A stretch of DNA of 64,000 nt from an uncultured virus (IMG/VR IMGVR_UViG_3300044608_000911) (IMGVR_UViG_3300044608_000911), one strand, 5' to 3'. Numbered from the stretch's first letter, positions 9,132-17,902 are shown. The notes: generated from the letters alone by a model not told the origin. Translations and numbers: made by a program.

Positions 9132-10055
9132 TTATAAAACAGTAAATGTATTAGAACCTGTGAAGGTATGTATAACGTAAGCAGTTCCGCCTATAGTTTG
9201 ATATGTGATTGTTCCTCCAGTTGCCTTAGCGACAGTTCCTGGATAACGAATAACAATTACACCCGAACCACCAGTAGCTCCTACTCCGCCACTAAAATAC
9301 TCCAATTGCCCACGAGCACCGCCTCCGCTATTTGCTGGAGCATTTGATACTGTTGTGTTGTTTGGATCTCCATTATTGCCTATTGTTGTTGAACCATTGC
9401 CACCGCCACCCCATCCAACATAACTATTGGAAGTAGTAGAAAATGATGTTAGATTATATCCACTACCGCCAGCACCACCATTACCGCCGCTAGCAGCACC
9501 GCCAGCAGATCCATAACCTCCACCACCACCAGCAGAACTAGTACTGCCAGTACTACCAGCATTATTACCTTGCCCAGCAGTTCCTGTTCCTCCAGTCCTT
9601 CTTGCTGCTGGAAAATTGAATGAGGCGGCATTAGAACCACCGCCTCCAGAACTGCCATTTTTATCTGTTCCAGAACTACCACCAGATCCACCACCTAATG
9701 ATGTGAATACAGCAGCACCACCAGAAGTTAAAGCATAGTATGTAGAACTTCCTTTACCAGTTGAGTTATCAGCAGCAGCACCACCACCACCAACTGTAAG
9801 ATATAAAGAACTTCCATTTGCTGTGGTTCCACTTGTGGTTCTTACACCACCACCACCACCACCGCCAGAGTAATTTCGGGCAATAAAATCATCATCGGCC
9901 CCGCCGCCGCCGAAAATAGAAGTACTTGGAGCAAAAGTTCCGCCACCTCCACCAACTAATAGCATTTCCCAATTCAAAGGAACTGCTGGTATTATCGTTG
10001 CTTTAGCAATACCAAATGCTCTACTACTTCCTAAACCAAATGCTATTGGACTCAT
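9132..10055 (-). CDS. glycine-rich virion/fibre protein
   Basis: Many GGGGG runs, C-terminal GGSGVIVIRYP...HTFTGS. Confidence 0.75.
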   Translation of the reverse strand: MSPIAFGLGSSRAFGIAKATIIPAVPLNWEMLLVGGGGGTFAPSTSIFGGGGADDDFIARNYSGGGGGGGVRTTSGTTANGSSLYLTVGGGGAAADNSTGKGSSTYYALTSGGAAVFTSLGGGSGGSSGTDKNGSSGGGGSNAASFNFPAARRTGGTGTAGQGNNAGSTGSTSSAGGGGGYGSAGGAASGGNGGAGGSGYNLTSFSTTSNSYVGWGGGGNGSTTIGNNGDPNNTTVSNAPANSGGGARGQLEYFSGGVGATGGSGVIVIRYPGTVAKATGGTITYQTIGGTAYVIHTFTGSNTFTVL

Positions 10056-10063
10056 ATTAAACC

Positions 10064-13000
10064 TCAGCTAAAGTTTGTATTACCTGAACCAAATACGTTG
10101 ATGGTTCCAGCACTATCTTTTACGATAGTAAATGTAATTACATCGAAGTTATTTGTTGCTGTTGGGGCAGATCCACCAGACCACTTAACTCCACCAGAAA
10201 CAGCAGAACCATTTACGCTACAAGCATCGCCATATGTTTGCGCTGTGTCGCCATCAATAATTAAAGTAACTGTTGTTGCTTTGCTGTTTGATGCTGGAAC
10301 ATTAGTGAATGCCCATGTGGTTACAGAAGCATTTAAATCTCCAAGAACTACAGTTGCTGCTGATGTATCTACAGTAAGTGTTCCGCTAGAAGGAGAAAGT
10401 GTGGTGCTGAAATTATTTACAGAAGTTTCTGTAATTTGTTTGAGATTTGTTGTAGTGGATACAGTTAGATCTCCAGTAATACTTACACCAGTTGAAGTTG
10501 TTTCAAACTTCTTGGAGTTATCAAAGTAAAGTTCTACTGAACCATTTGAATTAAATACTGCTTTGTTTTCATTGAAAGCAGCGTTTGTGATTAGTAATGC
10601 GTTATCATTAGCAATATAAAGGTCCCCAGTTCCTACGTCAGCAATAACGTTAATAGATCCATTGTGACCAATATACAAATCATTGTCAGCACCAAAGAAA
10701 GCAAAATCATTATCGCCAAGATTAATGCCGCCATTAGCAGTAATAGCACCAGTTACTGTGAGTGATGTAAGAGTTCCTAATGATGTTAGTGAAGATGACG
10801 TAACACCAGAACCGAGAGTTGTGGCGCTAAGAACTTGAGCATTACCAATTCTGTAAACTTTACCAGAAGCGAGGTCAATATTTTCGGAACTTGTGAAGGC
10901 GAGATTTCCTTTGATCCAATTGAATGTCTTATTTGTCGTTCCCAAAATTGTAAATCCAGCTCCATCAGCTGTATCATCATTTGCCGCGCCAGCATCAAAT
11001 GTAATAGAACCAGCAACAAAAGCACCAGCAGTAATTGCTACTGTAAATTGAGTATCACTATCAATACTTAAAATTGTAGGATTAGTTCCAAAGGCTCCAG
11101 TACCAGAAATTTTACTTAAAGATTGACCAGCATAAAGATTATTAGTATTTGTTCCAGTAACAATACCAGTAACAGAAATATTACCAGATCTTCCCAACAC
11201 CGCAGTAACTGATGCTAGTTCTATATTTTTATCGTCTACGGTTAATGTATTAATATTTAAAGTTGTAGTTGATCCTTCAACAATTAAATTACCACCAATA
11301 TTTAAATTGTTTGTTACGGTAAGATCATTCGAAACTGTAACGTTGTAGCTTGAATCTCCCCTAATCCAGTAGTTTGATCCAGAAGCAATGACTAATTGAT
11401 TATTTCCACTCTGACTTAGTGGTTGATATGCTGGATCTACAGAAGAAGCATTTGGAGAAGATCCAATAATAACGTTTCCAGATCCAGTTAATCCAGCTCC
11501 AGCATAGTATCCAATACAAATATTATCATTTCCAGTAATTGATGATTCTAATGCGTTTGTTCCCAACGCAACGTTTCTTGATCCAAGAGTTGATTGTCTT
11601 GCTGCTCTTCTTCCAATCGCTGTATTATTAGACCCAGTACTTGCGGATCTTAATGCCGCATATCCAAGAGCAGTATTATTTTCTCCCTGATCGGTAAAGA
11701 ATAATGTATCATATCCGACTCCAGTATTTTGTGTTCCCGAAGAAAAATTGGATCCAGAGTTAACACCAATAATCATATTGGTTGTGTTTCCAGATAATCC
11801 CAAACCAATTTTAATTCCGCGAACTGAAAGATCAGAATTAACTACACTAGCAGTTGCGTTGATTGTTAAAGTATCAGAAGTTAACAGTCCAATAGTAGTA
11901 TTTTTTTCTATAGATAAACTATTTTTAATAGTAGTTGTTCCAGTACTAGCACCAATTGTTATTGCTGTGCCACTCCCAAAAGCATTGACGGTTGTAGCCG
12001 TCGTATTAAATACATCAAAAGTTGTAGAAGAAGTTAATACTCCATTAACAAAAGTTGGACTCTGAGCAAATACCATTGCTCCAACACCAGTTTCATCAGA
12101 AATAACACCACGAAATTCTGTTGATGTTGTAGAAGCAAATACAGATAATTTATCTGCTCTATATGCTACCGTCCCTCCAGTGCCGAAACCCACTGTAGAT
12201 CCATCAGTTCCACTAAATGTTAAAGTTCTGTTACAAGTAAGAGTTTTACCATCGGCAATCGTTAGTGTGGCACTATTGGTTGGTGTAGTAATAGTTACCT
12301 TATTGATTGTAGATGCGGTTGCGGCACCCAAAGATGGAGTTGTTAATGTTGGAGATGTTAATGTTTTATTGGTTAAAGTTTGAACTTCATTTTCTGTTAC
12401 GATACGATTCGCAGTAGTTCCATCAAATACTCTCCAATATGCTCCAGATTCAAACCACTGAAATACATTATAAGATAAAACAGCGCCAGCACCATCTGTT
12501 GTTCTGTTAATTTTAATACCACCGTTTGCCCCAACAATATTATTTCCTCTCCTCAGTTCTATTTCAGAATCTGCGACAGATAAATTTGTTGTATTAATTG
12601 TTGTGGTAGTTCCAGTTACAGTTAAATTTCCAGAAATAGACACAGTAGTTCCATCATCACTAATCAAACTGTCCACCATCTGGACATTAGAACTATCCCA
12701 TTTTAATATTTTATTGTTTGTTAAATTAGCAGTATTTCTAATAGAAAAAGAAGTTCCACTAAGAACTAATCCATTTCCAGCCTGATATGTGGTATCAGTA
12801 TCAGTAGAAGTAATTGTAATATCATTGCCAACTTGCGTTACAATAGAAGATCCAGCGCCAATTATAGTAACATCACCACTCTGATATGTTCCAGTTGCAC
12901 TTCCTCTCAATCTAGTAACTGTATTTGTATCTGTGGAAGCGATAGTTATAGTGTTTCCAGATTGAGAAACACTAGAAGCTCCAGATGCTGCTATAGTAAC

Positions 13001-13834
13001 TGCTCCAGAAACTGCAGTCCCAGTTACATCAGATGACTGTAAAGTAGTGATGGTATTTTCAGAAGATACTGTAATGTTATTTCCAGACTGAGTAACAGTT
13101 GTAGCACCAGATTGAAGAATTGATACATCACCAGAAACAAAAGATCCAGAAATTCCTCCCTTCAATCTAGTTATCGTATCATTATCAGTAGAACTAATTG
13201 TAATTGTATTTCCAGATTGAGATACTGTTGTGGATCCTCCCTGAGCAATTGTTACCTGTCCAGTTACAAAGTTACCGCTAGCAGTTCCTCTAATTTCAGT
13301 TATAGTATTTGTATCAACATAAGATGAATTAATTGTAATCTCATCATTTACTCTAGAAAGAGTAACATTAGATCCAGCAGTTAAAGTAATATCATCTGTT
13401 ACTACAGTTCCACTTCCACCAGAAGTTAATCTAATAATTTTTTGTGCTGATGTGCCACCATCAACCGCAGAAACAGAATATGTTGTGTTATTATCTGGAG
13501 TGACTACAGAAGATCCCAATTGAATAGGAACTCCATTAATTGTTATACTAGAATTTACTAAAGATGAATTAGAAATATTTGTGATGACACTAGTAATTCC
13601 AGATATCGAACAACTTTCAAAAATTTTATTTGTAATTGTTTGCGATTGAGTAAGATAAACATCTCCTGGTGTTCCCCAAAAAACGGTGTTTCCGTTACTG
13701 GTTAGATATTTACCACTACCTCCATCACCACTGACGACAATCCCATTGCCAGTGAAATCTATTCTGTCTCCAGATGCTATTTCTTCAATCTTTCTAGAAA
13801 CAGCATTAACAATTAATGGAAAGCGGTCAGCCAT
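10064..13834 (-). CDS. tail fibre / adhesin-like structural protein (1256 aa)
   Basis: Thr/Ser/Gly-rich, TLTNKTLTSP repeat, YadA-like NTA.G..A repeats, internal ~42-aa repeats; TAAATA upstream. Confidence 0.85.
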   Translation of the reverse strand: MADRFPLIVNAVSRKIEEIASGDRIDFTGNGIVVSGDGGSGKYLTSNGNTVFWGTPGDVYLTQSQTITNKIFESCSISGITSVITNISNSSLVNSSITINGVPIQLGSSVVTPDNNTTYSVSAVDGGTSAQKIIRLTSGGSGTVVTDDITLTAGSNVTLSRVNDEITINSSYVDTNTITEIRGTASGNFVTGQVTIAQGGSTTVSQSGNTITISSTDNDTITRLKGGISGSFVSGDVSILQSGATTVTQSGNNITVSSENTITTLQSSDVTGTAVSGAVTIAASGASSVSQSGNTITIASTDTNTVTRLRGSATGTYQSGDVTIIGAGSSIVTQVGNDITITSTDTDTTYQAGNGLVLSGTSFSIRNTANLTNNKILKWDSSNVQMVDSLISDDGTTVSISGNLTVTGTTTTINTTNLSVADSEIELRRGNNIVGANGGIKINRTTDGAGAVLSYNVFQWFESGAYWRVFDGTTANRIVTENEVQTLTNKTLTSPTLTTPSLGAATASTINKVTITTPTNSATLTIADGKTLTCNRTLTFSGTDGSTVGFGTGGTVAYRADKLSVFASTTSTEFRGVISDETGVGAMVFAQSPTFVNGVLTSSTTFDVFNTTATTVNAFGSGTAITIGASTGTTTIKNSLSIEKNTTIGLLTSDTLTINATASVVNSDLSVRGIKIGLGLSGNTTNMIIGVNSGSNFSSGTQNTGVGYDTLFFTDQGENNTALGYAALRSASTGSNNTAIGRRAARQSTLGSRNVALGTNALESSITGNDNICIGYYAGAGLTGSGNVIIGSSPNASSVDPAYQPLSQSGNNQLVIASGSNYWIRGDSSYNVTVSNDLTVTNNLNIGGNLIVEGSTTTLNINTLTVDDKNIELASVTAVLGRSGNISVTGIVTGTNTNNLYAGQSLSKISGTGAFGTNPTILSIDSDTQFTVAITAGAFVAGSITFDAGAANDDTADGAGFTILGTTNKTFNWIKGNLAFTSSENIDLASGKVYRIGNAQVLSATTLGSGVTSSSLTSLGTLTSLTVTGAITANGGINLGDNDFAFFGADNDLYIGHNGSINVIADVGTGDLYIANDNALLITNAAFNENKAVFNSNGSVELYFDNSKKFETTSTGVSITGDLTVSTTTNLKQITETSVNNFSTTLSPSSGTLTVDTSAATVVLGDLNASVTTWAFTNVPASNSKATTVTLIIDGDTAQTYGDACSVNGSAVSGGVKWSGGSAPTATNNFDVITFTIVKDSAGTINVFGSGNTNFS

Positions 13835-13886
13835 TTATACTTACCAAAGGATACTAGTTCTCTGGTTTATTTATGCCTGTGAAAAA

Positions 13887-13958
13887 AGCGGACAATCGGA
13901 TTCGAACCGACGACATCTAACTTGGAAGGATAGCGTTCTACCACTGAACTATGTCCGC
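13887..13958 (-). tRNA. tRNA-Gly(TCC)
   Basis: GCGGACATAGTTCAGTGGTAGAAC...CTTCCAA...GGTTCGAATCC...GTCCGC; no encoded CCA. Confidence 0.95.
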
Positions 13959-13984
13959 GAGGTGGGGGATGTCAACCCCCCGTG

Positions 13985-14076
13985 CTAGGCTCGCCACCTA
14001 GTTTTTACTGAACTAGGAAACAGGCGGGAGAGAGTCCCATCCGCACCACCAATTTTTTTAGGAAATTGGAAACCTA
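13985..14076 (-). ncRNA. structured RNA with two pseudoknot-UGGYG units (resembles wcaG RNA motif)
   Basis: Two stems CCAATTT/AAATTGG and CCTAGTT/AACTAGG each followed by TGGYG, central GGGA/TCCC hairpin. Confidence 0.65.
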
Positions 14077-14283
14077 CTTCGGTTCGGAAACGAAGTTGTT
14101 AATGATATCTGCTTGTTTGAGAACTTCATTCAAAGTAGGAAATTCTGGAAATTCGAGATCCAGTTTTCCAGTCTTTTCATTCCACTCTCTAGCAGTATCA
14201 TATTTAACGCAGAACTCATCGTTCAGCATATTATATGCTTGCTTGAAAATTTCAAAGCGAAGCTCGTAAGGTGTTTTGGACAT
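14074..14283 (-). CDS. small phage protein (MSKTPYELR...FVS)
   Basis: ATG 14283 after AGGAG RBS and CA repeats; track start 14364 unlikely. Confidence 0.8.
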   Translation of the reverse strand: MSKTPYELRFEIFKQAYNMLNDEFCVKYDTAREWNEKTGKLDLEFPEFPTLNEVLKQADIINNFVSEPK

Positions 14284-14325
14284 AATTAATCTCCTGTGTG
14301 TATGTGTGTGTGGTATCGAGGGGGG

Positions 14326-14411
14326 TCCCGACCAGGGTTGTTTACGTGTCTCCATCACGGGCATTTACGGGGATGACTCCACCAGGATAAGTTTTAAGTC
14401 ATTCCAGGACT
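14326..14411 (-). ncRNA. two tandem hairpin/pseudoknot RNA units
   Basis: AGTC-CTGGAAT-GACT-TAAAAC..CC-TGGT and CGTG-ATGGAGA-CACG-TAAAC..CC-TGGT. Confidence 0.55.
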
Positions 14412-14736
14412 AACTGAACTTGATAGTGTCAGGAGAATTGCCACCACCAATATTAGTGAAACTGATTACATTATCATATGGTTGTTCATCAAGACCACTC
14501 ATCGTGTAGTTTACATATCCGTTATGAAGATATTCAGAGGTCAGTTTGAATTTATAATCGCTAGTATTATCAGTAGAACGAATAGGATAAGCATTTAAAA
14601 TGCTCTTTACTTTACCAAGAGCATCAAACAATTCTGACAGTTGAGCATCTTGCTTTTCGGCAAGAGCATTAATCAGTGCTTGGCGAAGTGCTTCTTCAGC
14701 AGTTTCAATATGGGAACGAACAGTCATGGTAATCAA
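14410..14736 (-). CDS. hypothetical protein
   Basis: ORF in coupled operon. Confidence 0.7.
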   Translation of the reverse strand: MITMTVRSHIETAEEALRQALINALAEKQDAQLSELFDALGKVKSILNAYPIRSTDNTSDYKFKLTSEYLHNGYVNYTMSGLDEQPYDNVISFTNIGGGNSPDTIKFS

Positions 14737-14972
14737 TCAAATTTACGATAGGCACCCACTTCAGGGTCTGGATCTAACCACTTGGTATACTCAGGATCTT
14801 CCAAGCATACATCAAGTTGCATCTGGTTGTCAAGGAAATACATGTCAGTATAACGCTTGGTCCATTCATTAAACTTTTGAATACGGTAATCTGGTTTACC
14901 GTTGATCTCTAAAAGACCACACTGAACATAGCGATAAGGAGAACGTTCAAGAATTACAGTGGGTTTGGTCAT
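14733..14972 (-). CDS. hypothetical cyanophage protein
   Basis: ERSPYRYVQCG...NGKPDYRIQK...KWLDPD. Confidence 0.75.
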   Translation of the reverse strand: MTKPTVILERSPYRYVQCGLLEINGKPDYRIQKFNEWTKRYTDMYFLDNQMQLDVCLEDPEYTKWLDPDPEVGAYRKFD

Positions 14973-15229
14973 GAAGCATCGTCGTGATCAAAGTAATTAT
15001 CCCACATATCGTCGTCGTTGTCAAGGGGTTGTGCCACTTTAGAAACCGTCTTCAGATTAATTCCAGCTTCTTCAACTAAGGATGCTGGAATCATGGCAAC
15101 AGCAGACCCATCTTCTCTACGAATGATGTATGTTTCACCATTTTCCACACGCTCCATAATTTCGTCAAAGTTTTTTTCCAGTTCTAGTTCTGTGATTTCG
15201 ATTATTTCTTCAGACATTACAGCAGACAT
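14969..15229 (-). CDS. Phd/YefM-family antitoxin-like protein
   Basis: ITELELEKNFDEIMERVENGETYIIRREDGSAVAMIP matches Phd N-terminal pattern; acidic tail. Confidence 0.7.
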   Translation of the reverse strand: MSAVMSEEIIEITELELEKNFDEIMERVENGETYIIRREDGSAVAMIPASLVEEAGINLKTVSKVAQPLDNDDDMWDNYFDHDDAS

Positions 15230-15455
15230 TGTTTTCTTGTAAGTAATTTATAGTTTCTCGACATCCACCAAGTCGGATGTCATCTAACATAATTTGTGGA
15301 AATGTAGATCCTTCACCAAATTCAGCATAGAATTCTTCTCTTGTGAAATCTTTATCTAGTTCATAAACAACGTGGGTAAAACCTTCATGTTCCATTACTG
15401 CTATGCATTTTTGACAGAATGGACAACCTTGTTTTGAATAGATGGTGAACGACAT
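15210..15455 (-). CDS. glutaredoxin
   Basis: CPFC, TFPQI, GG motifs. Confidence 0.92.
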   Translation of the reverse strand: MSFTIYSKQGCPFCQKCIAVMEHEGFTHVVYELDKDFTREEFYAEFGEGSTFPQIMLDDIRLGGCRETINYLQENNVCCNV

Positions 15456-15483
15456 ATGACACGTAAAAAATTATATAGTAAAG

Positions 15484-15557
15484 TCGGGGTGATAGGATTT
15501 GAACCTACGGCATCTCGCTCCCAAAGCGAGTGCTCTACCAAACTGAGCTACACCCCG
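15484..15557 (-). tRNA. tRNA-Pro(TGG)
   Basis: CGGGGTGTAGCTCAGTTTGGTAGAGC...TTTGGGA...GGTTCAAATCC. Confidence 0.95.
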
Positions 15558-15559
15558 AT

Positions 15560-15579
15560 AAAAGGGAGGTTTCCCTCCC
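15560..15579 (-). terminator. hairpin/terminator after porin
   Basis: GGGAGG-GAAA-CCTCCC-TTTT. Confidence 0.7.
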
Positions 15580-15587
15580 AGTATATA

Positions 15588-17087
15588 TCAGAACCTAAAG
15601 GTCGTCTGGATCACACCACCATAGTTGTCCGAAGCATTCTTCAGACCTTGGTTGTTAGACACATAGAACACAGAAGGAGTGATGCTGATGTTGTCGCTAA
15701 CCTTGTAACGATAGAAGGTTTCCCACATAATAGCTTTCTGACTATCAGCAAGAGAAGCAGCGTTGCCAGGAGCACCGATGGCGAAACCAGCAGCGTTACC
15801 CTTGGCGAATACATCGCTCCACTGAAGACCAGCAAACCAAGTCTGGGAGTTGGTAGCACCAGTAGGAGTGGTACGACCAGCAGCATTCAGGCTAACATCG
15901 TTCCAACCATAAGCACCAGAGATCGAAGGTACGATACCAGAAGTCTTAGGTTGCCAGTAAGCGTTGATGGCATAACTGTTAGAAGATTGACCAGCAGCAA
16001 GGTTACCAGAACCACCGTTGATAGCGTTGAAGGTACGAACACGGGTTCCTTCTGTACCATAACGATAACCGAAAGCAATACCGTACTGGGGAGCACGATA
16101 ACCGATTTGTGCCAGAGTATTCAGAGCACCAGTCTCATCAAATTGACCCTTGGAACTATCCGAACCGTTCTGGGCAACATAGTTCAGACCAGCAACAATA
16201 CCACCTTTCTTGCCAGGTTGAGCATACTGAATACCAAAACCAGAACCAGTTGCCTTGTTATAAACTCCAGGAGCGCCAGCAACTTGGAAGAAGTCCAGAA
16301 TGTCGGACTTGTAAGCAGAAGGAGTCCATGCCATCTCTGTGTTACGAACCAGAGCACCAGCAGTCAGAGTCACGCCCTTAGAAAGTGCAGGGAAGCTGTA
16401 GTAGAGACGATCAAGTTGTACTTGATTGGAAGTACTCTCTGCTTTATCAAGTTTGAACAGCGAAGAAGAAGAACCGAAAGGTTGTGAAGAGAAGTTGCCA
16501 GAACGCAGACGAGTCTTCAACAGATCCTTACCAGTGAAGGAGGTGTCAAAGTTCAGGCGAACATCATAGTTGAAAGCGGTGTTACCAACGTTAGTATTGT
16601 TGGCAAGACGGGCACCTTCTACACCACCGAGAACGAAAGTTGCTTCACCACGCAGTTTGGTAGTAGTGGAAAACTGCTGTGCCTGAAGAGCAGCGGTTTG
16701 CTTCTCCAGTTTAGCAACACGACCACGAAGAACAGTCAGTTCATTCTGGAACTCATTCATCAGACGAGAGAGTTCATCGGTCACTTCAGTCACACGATCC
16801 AGACAAGCATTCAGAAGTGCTGCTGCCTCAAAACGGGTCATTGCCTTACCACCAAGGTAAGTTCCGTTTTCATAACCAGCAACGCAACCATAACGCTCAA
16901 CAAGATTGCTAAGTGCCTGATAAGCCCAATCCGTAGGTTGGACATCAGAAAGTTGTTTGATGCTTGAGACTTGTTCTGAGGAAGTGTATTGATTGACTGC
17001 TGCCATATTGAGATCTGCGGCATTCGCAGCAACAGGAGCAACCATTCCCAGAGCAACAGGTGCGAGCATCAGTTGTTTGAGTTTCAT
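15588..17087 (-). CDS. cyanobacterial SLH-domain porin (Som/OprB-type, iron-uptake porin family)
   Basis: Signal peptide, SDVQPTDWAYQAL...RFEAAALLNACL SLH domain, FSTTTKLRGEA, C-terminal TTFRF; likely start MKLKQ at 17087. Confidence 0.93.
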   Translation of the reverse strand: MKLKQLMLAPVALGMVAPVAANAADLNMAAVNQYTSSEQVSSIKQLSDVQPTDWAYQALSNLVERYGCVAGYENGTYLGGKAMTRFEAAALLNACLDRVTEVTDELSRLMNEFQNELTVLRGRVAKLEKQTAALQAQQFSTTTKLRGEATFVLGGVEGARLANNTNVGNTAFNYDVRLNFDTSFTGKDLLKTRLRSGNFSSQPFGSSSSLFKLDKAESTSNQVQLDRLYYSFPALSKGVTLTAGALVRNTEMAWTPSAYKSDILDFFQVAGAPGVYNKATGSGFGIQYAQPGKKGGIVAGLNYVAQNGSDSSKGQFDETGALNTLAQIGYRAPQYGIAFGYRYGTEGTRVRTFNAINGGSGNLAAGQSSNSYAINAYWQPKTSGIVPSISGAYGWNDVSLNAAGRTTPTGATNSQTWFAGLQWSDVFAKGNAAGFAIGAPGNAASLADSQKAIMWETFYRYKVSDNISITPSVFYVSNNQGLKNASDNYGGVIQTTFRF

Positions 17088-17156
17088 AAATGTTTTTGTT
17101 CTATAGTACATAACGAGTTACCGTACAATTAATTGAGGTACGGTCACGTCTGGCAG

Positions 17157-17185
17157 ATTTTAACACTCTCTTTAGATTATGTCAA
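17157..17185 (-). promoter_or_regulatory. sigma70-type promoter for porin
   Basis: TTGACA-N17-TAAAAT. Confidence 0.75.
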
Positions 17186-17200
17186 CTAAGAGAAGGTTAA

Positions 17201-17285
17201 CGGAAGGGGTGGGATTCGAACCCACGGATGCTCTCACATCGCTAGTTTTCAAGACTAGAGCCATCAACCACTCGACCACCCTTCC
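17201..17285 (-). tRNA. tRNA-Ser(TGA)
   Basis: CTAGT-CTTGAAA-ACTAG anticodon arm, long variable arm, GGTTCGAATCC. Confidence 0.95.
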
Positions 17286-17464
17286 ATATATTCAAATTGT
17301 TCTTGAAGATTATAGAACAACTTATGGTGTTCTGTCAAGACATAGTAACCAGTCAATTCTGAACCATTATCTGTCCACCCATACCCTATAACTTTTTCGT
17401 TCACACGATCATGTTTTTTGTTCGTATGTAGATAGTGATTGTAGCGTTGGTGAAGATTGATCAT
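17264..17464 (-). CDS. hypothetical protein overlapping tRNA-Ser
   Basis: Coupled to upstream ORF; stop inside tRNA 5' end. Confidence 0.6.
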   Translation of the reverse strand: MINLHQRYNHYLHTNKKHDRVNEKVIGYGWTDNGSELTGYYVLTEHHKLFYNLQEQFEYMEGWSSG

Positions 17465-17715
17465 TAACGGACCTCGTAATCAAGTTTTCGGACTTTGCGT
17501 TGGCGGCGCTCCTCTTGATATTTTAGGTCAGCATTTGACAACATTGGTTGTTTCTTAACATTCTTTTCAGAATTCAGCAACACAACTTCAGACAAGTCTA
17601 ATGCCGAAATTTTATCACCAGTTATGGATGTCATATTTGGACATCCACATGATCTAGTCTTGACTGGGTGAGCCTCTAGCTCCTTGCCACAAAGGCGGCA
17701 TCTTACAGATAACAT
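17464..17715 (-). CDS. small zinc-ribbon protein
   Basis: CRLC...CGCPN. Confidence 0.75.
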   Translation of the reverse strand: MLSVRCRLCGKELEAHPVKTRSCGCPNMTSITGDKISALDLSEVVLLNSEKNVKKQPMLSNADLKYQEERRQRKVRKLDYEVR

Positions 17716-17743
17716 TGTTTTTCATTTAACCTCTAGAAGTTAA

Positions 17744-17815
17744 TGGGAAATGTCGGATTCGAACCAACGACTTACTGCTTGTAAGGCAGCCACTCTACCG
17801 CTGAGTTAATCTCCC
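17744..17815 (-). tRNA. tRNA-Val(TAC)
   Basis: GCTGC-CTTACAA-GCAGT anticodon arm; GGTTCGAATCC. Confidence 0.93.
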
Positions 17816-17817
17816 GA

Positions 17818-17898
17818 TGTCGGTGAGAGGACTTGAACCTCCACGAACTAGTCACTGGAACCTAAACCCAGCGCGTCTACCAATTCCGCCACACCGAC
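17818..17898 (-). tRNA. tRNA-Leu(TAG)
   Basis: GGCGGAATTGGTAGACGC D-arm, TTTAGGT loop, variable arm. Confidence 0.93.
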
Positions 17899-17902
17899 GA
17901 GG

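Noticed and set aside
14284..14364. N-terminal extension with HTHTH in ORF track
   Set aside because: Translation of the CA repeat; strong AGGAG RBS supports ATG 14283.
14326..14411. Pistol ribozyme, or stop-codon readthrough at UAG 14410-14412
   Set aside because: P1 plus UAAA resembles pistol but P2/P3 and catalytic core are missing; readthrough frame closes after 14 codons.
15456..16487. 343-aa plus-strand ORF
   Set aside because: Antisense shadow of porin and tRNA-Pro produced by codon bias; no protein-like motifs or RBS.
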